IMG/VR virus record: IMGVR_UViG_3300027877_000011
Span: 1-36,468 of that record
DNA length: 36,468 bases
Strand: one strand, 5' to 3'
Source of the DNA: a virus
Lineage: Duplodnaviria > Caudoviricetes
Part shown: positions 29,303-36,360 of the stretch, piece by piece
Layout of the letters: every line of letters begins with the position of its first letter
How positions within the stretch are numbered: the first letter of the stretch is position 1
Translations under genes and position numbers: made by a program
The notes under the pieces: model-generated
What the model was told of the DNA's origin: nothing
Databases searched by the model: none
Seen by the model: the letters and a program-made list of their open reading frames with translations, nothing else

Positions 29303-29550
29303 CCGGGCTGGAAGTCGGCCTCGGCATGGCCGGGCTCGCGGTTCCGGTGCTCGGTGCGGTGGCCGTCTCCCTGGTCCGGGGCGGCCAGTTGCTGGAGCGC
29401 ATCGGCCAGGTCCACACCACCGTAGGGGAGCTTCACGCCGGAGTAGACCGCCTGGAGCAGGGCCAGGCAGCACTCACCGCCCAGGTGGACGGGCTACACG
29501 TGACCATTCGGGACCACCAGGCGATGCCGGCGAGTGTGGCCCATGGCTGA
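29299..29550 (+). CDS. TM + coiled-coil lysis-cassette protein
   Basis: N-terminal hydrophobic helix followed by heptad pattern; GTGA overlap. Confidence 0.6.
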   Translation: MTGLEVGLGMAGLAVPVLGAVAVSLVRGGQLLERIGQVHTTVGELHAGVDRLEQGQAALTAQVDGLHVTIRDHQAMPASVAHG

Positions 29551-29797
29551 CCTGCACCCGGTGGTGGCTGACGCTCGTGCGCGCTCGCGCAGGACCCTGG
29601 TGCAGGGCCTGGCTGCGGTGGCCATCATCGCCGCCGGCGAGGTCCTGTGCCAACTACTCCCTGGGGTTCAGTGGACCAGGGCGTGGTGGGCGGTGACTGG
29701 GGTGGCAGTGGGCCAGGCAGCGCTCACGGCGGTGCTGAGTCGGCTGCACCGGTATCTGGTGCCACCGGAGCAGCCCACCACGCCCACCTCTGGGTGA
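29543..29797 (+). CDS. Putative holin
   Basis: R..RTLVQGL, two TM segments, follows endolysin. Confidence 0.7.
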   Translation: MADLHPVVADARARSRRTLVQGLAAVAIIAAGEVLCQLLPGVQWTRAWWAVTGVAVGQAALTAVLSRLHRYLVPPEQPTTPTSG

Positions 29798-29843
29798 CAG
29801 AACGGGAGTGCCGCTCAGATTGGCGGACACTCCCGGCATGCAT

Positions 29844-30131
29844 ATGCCACGTCATCGTACATGCGTCCTAGTCGCTGCGGCAGTTGCCGCGCTCGCCCTG
29901 ACCGGATGCTCCTCCGGGAGCAAAGCCCAGCCCGTGCAGCCAGCCACACCACCACCGGCCACCACTTCGCCCGCCGCCACCACCACACCAGCGGGAGGGA
30001 CCACTCTCGGCCGCTGGGTTGGCGTTCCCTGCCCCAGCACCGGAGCCACCGCCTACACCAGAGCCGGTAGAGAACTGGTCTGCAAGGCTGTGGGATCAGA
30101 ACGCACCCCGGAATGGCACGCAAAGGGCTGA
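29844..30131 (+). CDS. Lipoprotein
   Basis: Signal peptide with lipobox LTGC, Pro/Thr linker, small two-Cys domain; start 29838 or 29844. Confidence 0.7.
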   Translation: MPRHRTCVLVAAAVAALALTGCSSGSKAQPVQPATPPPATTSPAATTTPAGGTTLGRWVGVPCPSTGATAYTRAGRELVCKAVGSERTPEWHAKG

Positions 30132-30224
30132 TCCGCCCCGTATCCTGGACCCGTCGCGCGCGCCCGCGCGCAACAACAGCTATGTCGCCTCGTAGCTCGC
30201 TTGCCGCTTCGGACCCGGCAATGC

Positions 30225-30258
30225 AATCGCCCCCCACCTCACCGGGTGGGGGGCGATT
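30225..30258. terminator. Probable bidirectional terminator between convergent genes
   Basis: AATCGCCCCCCACC-6nt-GGTGGGGGGCGATT, 14-bp stem. Confidence 0.75.
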
Positions 30259-30270
30259 TGCTGTGTGGGG

Positions 30271-31203
30271 TCAGTACCCATAGGTGCACATCACCCAGGC
30301 CATCGCCTGGACGGCGGTGGGGCCCAGCTGGCAGGCGTAGGCCATCGCCACAGAGGCGCACTCCGCCGGCCCAAAACTGTCGGCCAGTAGCTCCTGGTTC
30401 CCCCGGATCCACCGGACCATCTGCTCCGCACGCTCATCACCGCCAGGCTCATACGCCCACGGCTCCAGGGCCAGCTGGCCAGCATGCAGGGCCAGGTCGT
30501 CGGCGCTCATGATCACCGCGCCGGGATCGTCCCGGTCCGCCAGCCGCACGCCAGCCTCATCCCGCACCAGCGCGGCGCTGGAGGCGGTGGCCAGAGCCTT
30601 CACCAGTTGCCGGATGTGGTCGGACCTCGGGAGTTGCTTGGAAATCTCCTTGATCCTGGCCTCCCGGCTCCTGGCGCGGAGTCCGTCGTCCACTAGTCGG
30701 CGGATCATCTCGGGCCGGGACGTTTTGGCCTCGTCAGCCAGGGCGGCAACCTGGGTCAAGGCTTGGCTGTCCAGACGGATCTGGAGTGGGGACCCGATGG
30801 CGGGGCGACCAGGGCCAGGTTTGCCGGATGGGCTGGCAGCGCTCGTCAGGGTTTCCGCAAACACCCTTGTTGCCGTGGCCGCAGCGGCTTCCCTTGCGGC
30901 CCCGCGCTCTGCGGCTGGGGTCCCGGCCGCCAGCAGGGCGAAGATTTGCGCGACGGCTTCTCCTGCGGCCTGCGCGGCAGCTTGGCGTACGGCCTCCGGC
31001 GCGGTTGAGACCTGATTCGGGTGGCATTCGTGGCGGTTCCAGTCGCGCTCGACTTGGAAGTCCGTGAACGCCATGCCGAAGATCTCTCCGCAGCGGGGGC
31101 AGATGATCCTGCGGCAGTGCTGCCCTTGTCGCTGCACGTGCTGGGTGACTGTGGTCAATTTTTCTCCGTCTGTAGTGACGAAAGTGTCAACTTGGCTACT
31201 CAT
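30271..31203 (-). CDS. Multi-domain protein: Zn-finger-like N-terminus, central ribbon-helix-helix
   Basis: CPRC...RH; GRPAIGSPLQIRLD...LADEAKTSRPEMIRRLV; GAGGGAGG RBS. Confidence 0.7.
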   Translation of the reverse strand: MSSQVDTFVTTDGEKLTTVTQHVQRQGQHCRRIICPRCGEIFGMAFTDFQVERDWNRHECHPNQVSTAPEAVRQAAAQAAGEAVAQIFALLAAGTPAAERGAAREAAAATATRVFAETLTSAASPSGKPGPGRPAIGSPLQIRLDSQALTQVAALADEAKTSRPEMIRRLVDDGLRARSREARIKEISKQLPRSDHIRQLVKALATASSAALVRDEAGVRLADRDDPGAVIMSADDLALHAGQLALEPWAYEPGGDERAEQMVRWIRGNQELLADSFGPAECASVAMAYACQLGPTAVQAMAWVMCTYGY

Positions 31204-31220
31204 GATGCCTCCCTCTATGG

Positions 31221-31271
31221 TTTCTGATGTCGTTTATTCTACGCCGAGCCAGCAATAAACGACATCAGAAA
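31221..31271 (-). promoter_or_regulatory. 18-bp perfect inverted repeat overlapping a TAGAAT -10 box (probable operator)
   Basis: TTTCTGATGTCGTTTATT-15nt-AATAAACGACATCAGAAA; ATTCTA at 31236-31241 on + strand. Confidence 0.7.
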
Positions 31272-31303
31272 TCCCATAGTCACCCATCAGAGTGGGCCAA
31301 ACA

Positions 31304-31341
31304 AAGAGCGCCCCGCCTGGTTCGTCAGGCGGGGCGCTCTT
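31304..31341 (-). terminator. Intrinsic terminator of the tra-like operon
   Basis: AAGAGCGCCCCGCCTG-6nt-CAGGCGGGGCGCTCTT, T-rich run on - strand, just after stop at 31346. Confidence 0.8.
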
Positions 31342-31345
31342 CTGT

Positions 31346-31567
31346 CTACAGGGCCAGGAATAACCCGGCCAGCGCCAGGCCCAGCAGGATCAGGAATACC
31401 GTTCCCACACCACGCCAGGTGGTTGCCCAGGCCTCCCGGTACCGGGGCCGCACCGCGCGCCTGGTCTCTCTGGCCATGATCCAGGCCCTGGTAGTCACCT
31501 CCCACCAGCGGCCCCCACCCCACCCCAGGATCACCCCAAACACCAATGCTGCCCCGACCGCGATCAT
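31346..31567 (-). CDS. Small two-TM membrane protein (Spd-like by context)
   Basis: GGAGG RBS; two hydrophobic helices around a basic loop; downstream of traB-like gene. Confidence 0.65.
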   Translation of the reverse strand: MIAVGAALVFGVILGWGGGRWWEVTTRAWIMARETRRAVRPRYREAWATTWRGVGTVFLILLGLALAGLFLAL

Positions 31568-31588
31568 GACTACCCTCCGTGACTATCC

Positions 31589-31702
31589 ATTTTTCAGCTT
31601 CGATTTCACTTCATTTCACTTCAGCCCCTCGCACACGCGCGTACGTGTGTTGAGGGGGGCGGGCACCCCACCTGAAGTGAAGTGAAGTGCCCGCCTGAAA
31701 TG
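31589..31702. repeat. clt-like locus: short direct repeats and nested inverted repeats just downstream of traB-like gene
   Basis: ATTTCACTTC x2 (31603, 31613); 31607-31624 vs 31672-31689 inverted 17/18; inner hairpin 31625-31657. Confidence 0.65.
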
Positions 31703-31703
31703 C

Positions 31704-33608
31704 CTACGCCGCGTTAGGCGCTGGCGCGTATCTGCCCTTGTCAGACAGGCGCACGAGCACCCGCCCGGGGCCTGGCGCACACAGCGCGGCGAGCTGCCCG
31801 GAAAGCCAGCTGGGAGCACGGCCGGTGGCCAACAGCTGGTCCCCGAAATCGCTGGGGGCAATGGTCGCCCCGTCCTCCAGCTGGGAGGCAAGCTGCACTG
31901 CCCGCTCCCGGATCATCCGGGCAGCGGTGGCGGGGTCCGGCCTGGGAACACCCGGAACATCGAGCTGCAGACGCGGTGGCGGGTCCGGGCATTCGATCGG
32001 GGTTCGGGGGTCATCGTCTGGGTCCATGGTTTCGGCCTCCTCATCGGCCTCTTCTTCCAGCACCGGTGGTGGCACCTTTGCCCGCCCGGTGGCAGGTGCT
32101 GCAGCGGGGACGGCTACCGGCACGCCCAGCGCTTCCAGTTCGCGGGCGATTTGGGCATCGTCGCCCCGGCAGACTCGCCACGGCATGGCCCAACGCTCCT
32201 CATCCACCCCGCTCGCTTCGAGGTAGGCCATGCCTGGTGCCCGGTCGGCCCAGGCGGAGGGATCCGCGCCCGCTGCTACGGTGCCGTCAGAGAGCACCCG
32301 GGCCGCTTCGCCCTGATCTTTGACCCCCATGCAGATCACGGTGCTGATCTGTGCTCTGGCACTGGTGGGGACCCGGTCTCCAGTGAAGCGCTGATAGGCC
32401 ACGAACACGGTTATCCCGGTAGAGCGCACCGTCTCGGCCACGTCGATCAGCCGCTCGGCGGCCGCGCCCAGCCCCGCCGCCTCGTCTATCCATACCAGCA
32501 GGTAGGGCAGTCCACACCCATCGACCCATTGCTCATGGCCCCTCTGGCCGAGCCAATCCGCCCGGTCCGAGGCCTCCTGCATGAGGTCATCCAACATGGC
32601 CTGGCACTCGGCCTGATTCCGTGCGGTCCTGGTCGCCGCTGCCCGCGACCAGGCCGGCAGCTGCCCGAATTTGCGCGGGTCGGCTAGCCAGAATTCGCGC
32701 TCATCCGGGCACCTGACCAGCAAGCCGGAGACGATCCGGCGCATCAGGACGGTCTTGCCCGCTCCCTTGCAGGCCACGACGGCGATGATGCCGGGGGCAT
32801 TGCGCCCCGCCTTGTCATCCCCGGTGAGCCAAAGGCGTACCGGTTCGCCGTCCTCATAGCGGCCCAGGGTGATTGGTGCGGATACCGGTCCGCCCGGGGC
32901 CTCCAGCTCCATCCAGGGGACGCCGGAGCCCAGTTGGTCCCTGGTGATGACGGTGAGCCGCCCGTGCCTGGGCGATTCGCCGGTCACCGCCGTTACTCGG
33001 ACGGCGGTGACCGGGATGTCCAGCTCACTGGCGAGCAGGCGCTGCTGTTGCTGCACGGTGGAAATGTCGCCGCCGGCGGGGAGAGTCAGATCTGCGGTCA
33101 CCCGGGATCCTGATACCTCCACCGCGCTGACCCGCGCGTCCTGGAGGGCCTCCGCCAGGCCGCCATCAGCGTGACTCCCAGGCGCTGGCCCGACTCCGCC
33201 CCGCACGCTGGGCAGGATCCGGATGGTCAGGGTCAGGCAACCCGGGGCGGCCAGCAAAATCCACACCCCACTCAGCCAGGACAGGGGCCCGATGGGCTGC
33301 CCGGTGCTGGGGTTCGGTAGGAACGTGGCCAACCACCACCAGGCATAGGACCCGGCGGTGGCGATCGTAGCCGTGGTCACCAGATCCGGGCGGGACCTGG
33401 TGACCTGACGGATCCCCATGGTTGCCATGACCCCGGAGGCCAGGGCGACGCAGGACCAAAGGCTGGCAAATGGGCCGGAGCCAAAGGTCCTGCTGGTCAC
33501 CATGGCCAGGACCGGGACCCCTGGGATCAGGGCCCAGATCGCGAGAATTCCCGCGCGCCCGGGGGCGGGGGTCGACACCTGCAGATGATCGTGGCTTTTC
33601 CGGCCCAT
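31704..33608 (-). CDS. traB: TraB-like FtsK/SpoIIIE conjugative DNA translocase
   Basis: N-terminal TM helices, Walker A variant ACKGAGKT, Walker B LLVWIDEAA, AYQR, PGMAYL, C-terminal wHTH-like GRAPSWLSGQL...GRY. Confidence 0.8.
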   Translation of the reverse strand: MGRKSHDHLQVSTPAPGRAGILAIWALIPGVPVLAMVTSRTFGSGPFASLWSCVALASGVMATMGIRQVTRSRPDLVTTATIATAGSYAWWWLATFLPNPSTGQPIGPLSWLSGVWILLAAPGCLTLTIRILPSVRGGVGPAPGSHADGGLAEALQDARVSAVEVSGSRVTADLTLPAGGDISTVQQQQRLLASELDIPVTAVRVTAVTGESPRHGRLTVITRDQLGSGVPWMELEAPGGPVSAPITLGRYEDGEPVRLWLTGDDKAGRNAPGIIAVVACKGAGKTVLMRRIVSGLLVRCPDEREFWLADPRKFGQLPAWSRAAATRTARNQAECQAMLDDLMQEASDRADWLGQRGHEQWVDGCGLPYLLVWIDEAAGLGAAAERLIDVAETVRSTGITVFVAYQRFTGDRVPTSARAQISTVICMGVKDQGEAARVLSDGTVAAGADPSAWADRAPGMAYLEASGVDEERWAMPWRVCRGDDAQIARELEALGVPVAVPAAAPATGRAKVPPPVLEEEADEEAETMDPDDDPRTPIECPDPPPRLQLDVPGVPRPDPATAARMIRERAVQLASQLEDGATIAPSDFGDQLLATGRAPSWLSGQLAALCAPGPGRVLVRLSDKGRYAPAPNAA

Positions 33609-33610
33609 GG

Positions 33611-34006
33611 CTATCCCCTCCGACGCTGAGACTTGATTTGGAATTCCGACGGGAGTTCCATGCTGTCCAGGTAAACCCTGGTGAATCCGGTGGCGGATCG
33701 ACGAATCTGGAGAGCCGCGTCCAGGAGCAGGTCACTGGCCAGGGTCAGTGGTCGCACGACCTGATTTACGCGCCCGTTTCTCCCCCACTGGGCCATGCCA
33801 ATCGTCCGGTCGTACCTGGTAAGGAGGCTCCGGATGTATCCGGAACTGGCGTCCAGGTGCTCCGAGCCCTGGACCAGGGACTTGCGCATCCGCTCCAGCG
33901 CCTCCATCAGCATCACGTCATCGGTGATTGGGTCGGCGATCTCAAGCGGGTGCGGCTTGCTAGTTGCGGGTCTTGGTACCGGGCTTGGTCTGCTGTCTGT
34001 CGTCAT
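33611..34006 (-). CDS. TraA-like plasmid transfer protein
   Basis: Directly upstream of traB; R...VVRPL..A.....AA.......F..VY helical pattern recalled from actinomycete TraA; ATGA coupling. Confidence 0.55.
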   Translation of the reverse strand: MTTDSRPSPVPRPATSKPHPLEIADPITDDVMLMEALERMRKSLVQGSEHLDASSGYIRSLLTRYDRTIGMAQWGRNGRVNQVVRPLTLASDLLLDAALQIRRSATGFTRVYLDSMELPSEFQIKSQRRRG

Positions 34007-34887
34007 GCTGCTCTCATCCCCTCGATGATCTTTTTCACGCGCCGGTCGCCCACTTTGGGAGCGCCGGGAAACTGGTCTGCTACCGCTGCGCTGATGGCCC
34101 TGCGCGATAGGTCTGCTGTGCTGCACCCCTGTCGCTGCGCCAGCTCCTGGGCGACCACTGCGACCGCTGCATCGGGCACCTCGGCGAGGCGCCGGGCGTC
34201 CAGATCCGCAACCGCTGCACTCTCCTGCTGCACCTCGGGTGCTGCATGGTGCCGCGCTGCGGGCTCCGCCTCGACCTCATCCGCTGCGGGCGCAGCGGGC
34301 ACCTCGAGGTGGCCGTCCCGCACCATCACCGGTTGCAGCGTGACGAGCGGCTCCGTTGCTGCGGGTGCTGCGTCCTCCGGCTCCGTAGCGCTGCGCTGCG
34401 CCCGAGGTGCAGCGGCCTGCTGCGTCTCGTCTGCATCTGCTGCGGGGGTGCTGCGCAGCAGATGTGCCAGGGCCGCGCCCATCCCGAGTACCGCGACCGG
34501 GAGGCAGGCAACCATGGTGGTGATCCACCAGGGGGCCGACTTCATGCCCTGGGCTTCCATGAGGTGGTAGGCGACCTGGCCACCAGCACCCAGGGCCAGG
34601 GATCCCAGGGCTGACCAGCGGGCGAATACCCGTGCGCGGGTGGGTACCCCATCGGCTAACCAGGCGCGGAGGGCGTAGGCAGCGTAGGTTTCCACGCCAA
34701 TGGGCAGGGTGATCGCGGTGTTGATGGCGAATTTGTCGGCGATTCCGGGGAGGGGGTGGACTACTCCGAAGCCGGTGAGGCCGCCGAGGCCGACCCATCC
34801 GGACCAGACTGCGACGAAGGCGGGTAGGGCTAGGAGGAGTAGGGGCCAGGTGGCTACCCGCTGCGGTGTTGCATCAGGGGTGCTCAT
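34003..34887 (-). CDS. Spd-like membrane protein with C-terminal putative DNA-binding domain
   Basis: About four TM helices (AFVAVWSGWVGLG, LPIGVETYAAYA, GQVAYHL, VACLPVAVLG), Ala-rich linker, LSRRAI...VGDRR. Confidence 0.7.
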   Translation of the reverse strand: MSTPDATPQRVATWPLLLLALPAFVAVWSGWVGLGGLTGFGVVHPLPGIADKFAINTAITLPIGVETYAAYALRAWLADGVPTRARVFARWSALGSLALGAGGQVAYHLMEAQGMKSAPWWITTMVACLPVAVLGMGAALAHLLRSTPAADADETQQAAAPRAQRSATEPEDAAPAATEPLVTLQPVMVRDGHLEVPAAPAADEVEAEPAARHHAAPEVQQESAAVADLDARRLAEVPDAAVAVVAQELAQRQGCSTADLSRRAISAAVADQFPGAPKVGDRRVKKIIEGMRAA

Positions 34888-35273
34888 TCCGCACCTGCTT
34901 GCTCGGTGCTGCACTCGACCGCTGCGCCGCATACCCTGCACTGCTGCACTGCGCTGCATCCGGGGTCCGCAGCGGCAAGGGTGCAGCGGTCGCTGCACCC
35001 GTTGCACTCGACCGCTGCACCCTTGCCGCTGCGCTCCAGGGCGTTGCGGATGTTCCGGTACCCACGCACGGCGATGACGGCGAATGCCAGGTTTGCTGCG
35101 ACGTAGGGCCACTGCCCGGTCGCTGCGGCGTATGCAGCGGAGGCGGGCGCCAAAATCGCAGCGCTCAGCATCCAGCCGAACCGTTGCACTGCGGTGCGGG
35201 CGGTGCCGATCATCCAGGAGCAGCTCCAGGAGATGAGGGTCAGCGCGAGTGGCCCGACGATGAGGAGGTTCAC
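34884..35273 (-). CDS. Membrane protein with Cys-rich C-terminus
   Basis: GGAGG RBS, GTG start, three hydrophobic segments, coupled at both ends. Confidence 0.6.
   Translation of the reverse strand: MNLLIVGPLALTLISWSCSWMIGTARTAVQRFGWMLSAAILAPASAAYAAATGQWPYVAANLAFAVIAVRGYRNIRNALERSGKGAAVECNGCSDRCTLAAADPGCSAVQQCRVCGAAVECSTEQAGAE
34968..35033. repeat. 25-bp perfect inverted repeat with 16-nt spacer
   Basis: CGCAGCGGCAAGGGTGCAGCGGTCG / CGACCGCTGCACCCTTGCCGCTGCG. Confidence 0.85.
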
Positions 35274-35443
35274 CGCCGCACCTCCCAGGTGTGCCCGGAG
35301 GTGGGGGTGGTCATGTCGCGGTGGTGCCCGCGCTCCAGGGTGCAGCGCCGCCCGTCCAGGGACTGGGAGGTGCAGCGGTCCGGCTCATCGCCGGCCGCCG
35401 TGAGGGCGGGGGATGTGAGGTCCGTGTTGGGTAGCGTTTTCAT
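35270..35443 (-). CDS. 57-aa Cys/His peptide, first gene of the tra-like operon (probably leaderless)
   Basis: MKTLPNT...RCTSQSLDGRRCTLERGHH...GHTW; ATG 6 nt after TAGGCT; GTGA overlap with next gene. Confidence 0.55.
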   Translation of the reverse strand: MKTLPNTDLTSPALTAAGDEPDRCTSQSLDGRRCTLERGHHRDMTTPTSGHTWEVRR

Positions 35444-35523
35444 ACCCTAAGCCTAGTGGGTACCCACTAGACCATGCAAGTGGGTACCCACTACCATGAC
35501 GGGGTACCCACTACCCTGATCAC
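35444..35523. promoter_or_regulatory. Divergent promoters with three GGGTACCC-centred palindromic operators
   Basis: CTAGTGGGTACCCACTAG 35453-70, AGTGGGTACCCACT 35479-92, GGGGTACCCACTA 35501-13; - strand TTGCAT-18-TAGGCT; + strand TACCCT 6 nt before ATG 35524. Confidence 0.8.
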
Positions 35524-35808
35524 ATGCAGCTGGAGGACGTCGTGGCAGAGCTGGAGCGGTGCCAAGACATCGCGGACCCCGGAGACCGGGCAGTGGCTCT
35601 AACGCGTCTCATTCAGCAGCTGCCCCAGATCGGTGCCGCCATCCGGTCGGCACGTCAGACGGCCGTGGCAGAGATGCACGCCGCAGGAATGTCCTGGGCC
35701 CAGATCGGGGAGCGCCTTGGATTGCACCCGCAACGGGCTAGCCAGATCGGCAAGGGCGTGACCGGGGGTCGCCGGAAGGCATCTCCGGACGAGGCTGGGG
35801 AGCGCTAG
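35524..35808 (+). CDS. HTH transcriptional regulator (probable repressor)
   Basis: RQTAVAEMHAAGMSWAQIGERLGLHPQRASQI; divergent from tra-like operon. Confidence 0.75.
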   Translation: MQLEDVVAELERCQDIADPGDRAVALTRLIQQLPQIGAAIRSARQTAVAEMHAAGMSWAQIGERLGLHPQRASQIGKGVTGGRRKASPDEAGER

Positions 35809-36075
35809 GAGCCGCTGCAAATTTGTTGCCGTGTCGGCACCATGTCGGCACGGCGAACGAACGCCCCAATGTGGATGGTCTGGAGCTGCGTTTCCGCAGG
35901 TCAGTTCGTGCGCCCGGTAGGAGAGGGATGCGATCCTTCCCGCGATCGGGGACAAACGCCTATCGCCGCCCACTTTTTCCTAGCGTGTGCTTGCATGTGA
36001 GACGCTGGCACGCGCTAGTATGTGATGGTCGCGGTGGTCGCAATGGTCGCCGCAAGACGAAAGGAGGTGATGGTC

Positions 36076-36360
36076 ATGCCGCGTCCCGCAACAGCACTCC
36101 TGCCCGAGCTGCTGTCCCTGGACGAGGTGGCGGAGATGACCGGGATCAGCATCCGCAACCTGCGCTACGCCGCCCGCACGGGCAAGGTGGCCGCCTGGAA
36201 GCTGGAGCGCTCCTGGTGGATCAGCCGGGAAGGCCTGGACCGGTACCTGGACTCCATCCGGCCGGCAGCGATACCAGAAAAGCAGACCACTGCCCGTATC
36301 CCCCAGAGCCGCGTAGCTGAGGCCAGGGCGCGAGTCGCCACCCGCCCCGCCGCCGCCTGA
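36076..36360 (+). CDS. Excisionase/MerR-like HTH DNA-binding protein
   Basis: LLSLDEVAEMTGIS...RTGKVAAWKLERSWWISREGLDRYL; AAGGAGG RBS. Confidence 0.8.
   Translation: MPRPATALLPELLSLDEVAEMTGISIRNLRYAARTGKVAAWKLERSWWISREGLDRYLDSIRPAAIPEKQTTARIPQSRVAEARARVATRPAAA

Noticed and set aside
31221-31271. Inverted repeat as a telomere-resolution or attP site
   Set aside because: No protelomerase or integrase in the genome; it has a 15-nt spacer and overlaps a promoter
33470-34570. Long opposite-strand or off-frame ORFs (e.g. 33470-34570 +, 28595-29473 -, 16463-17308 -)
   Set aside because: Shadow ORFs typical of high-GC DNA, overlapping better-supported genes and lacking motifs
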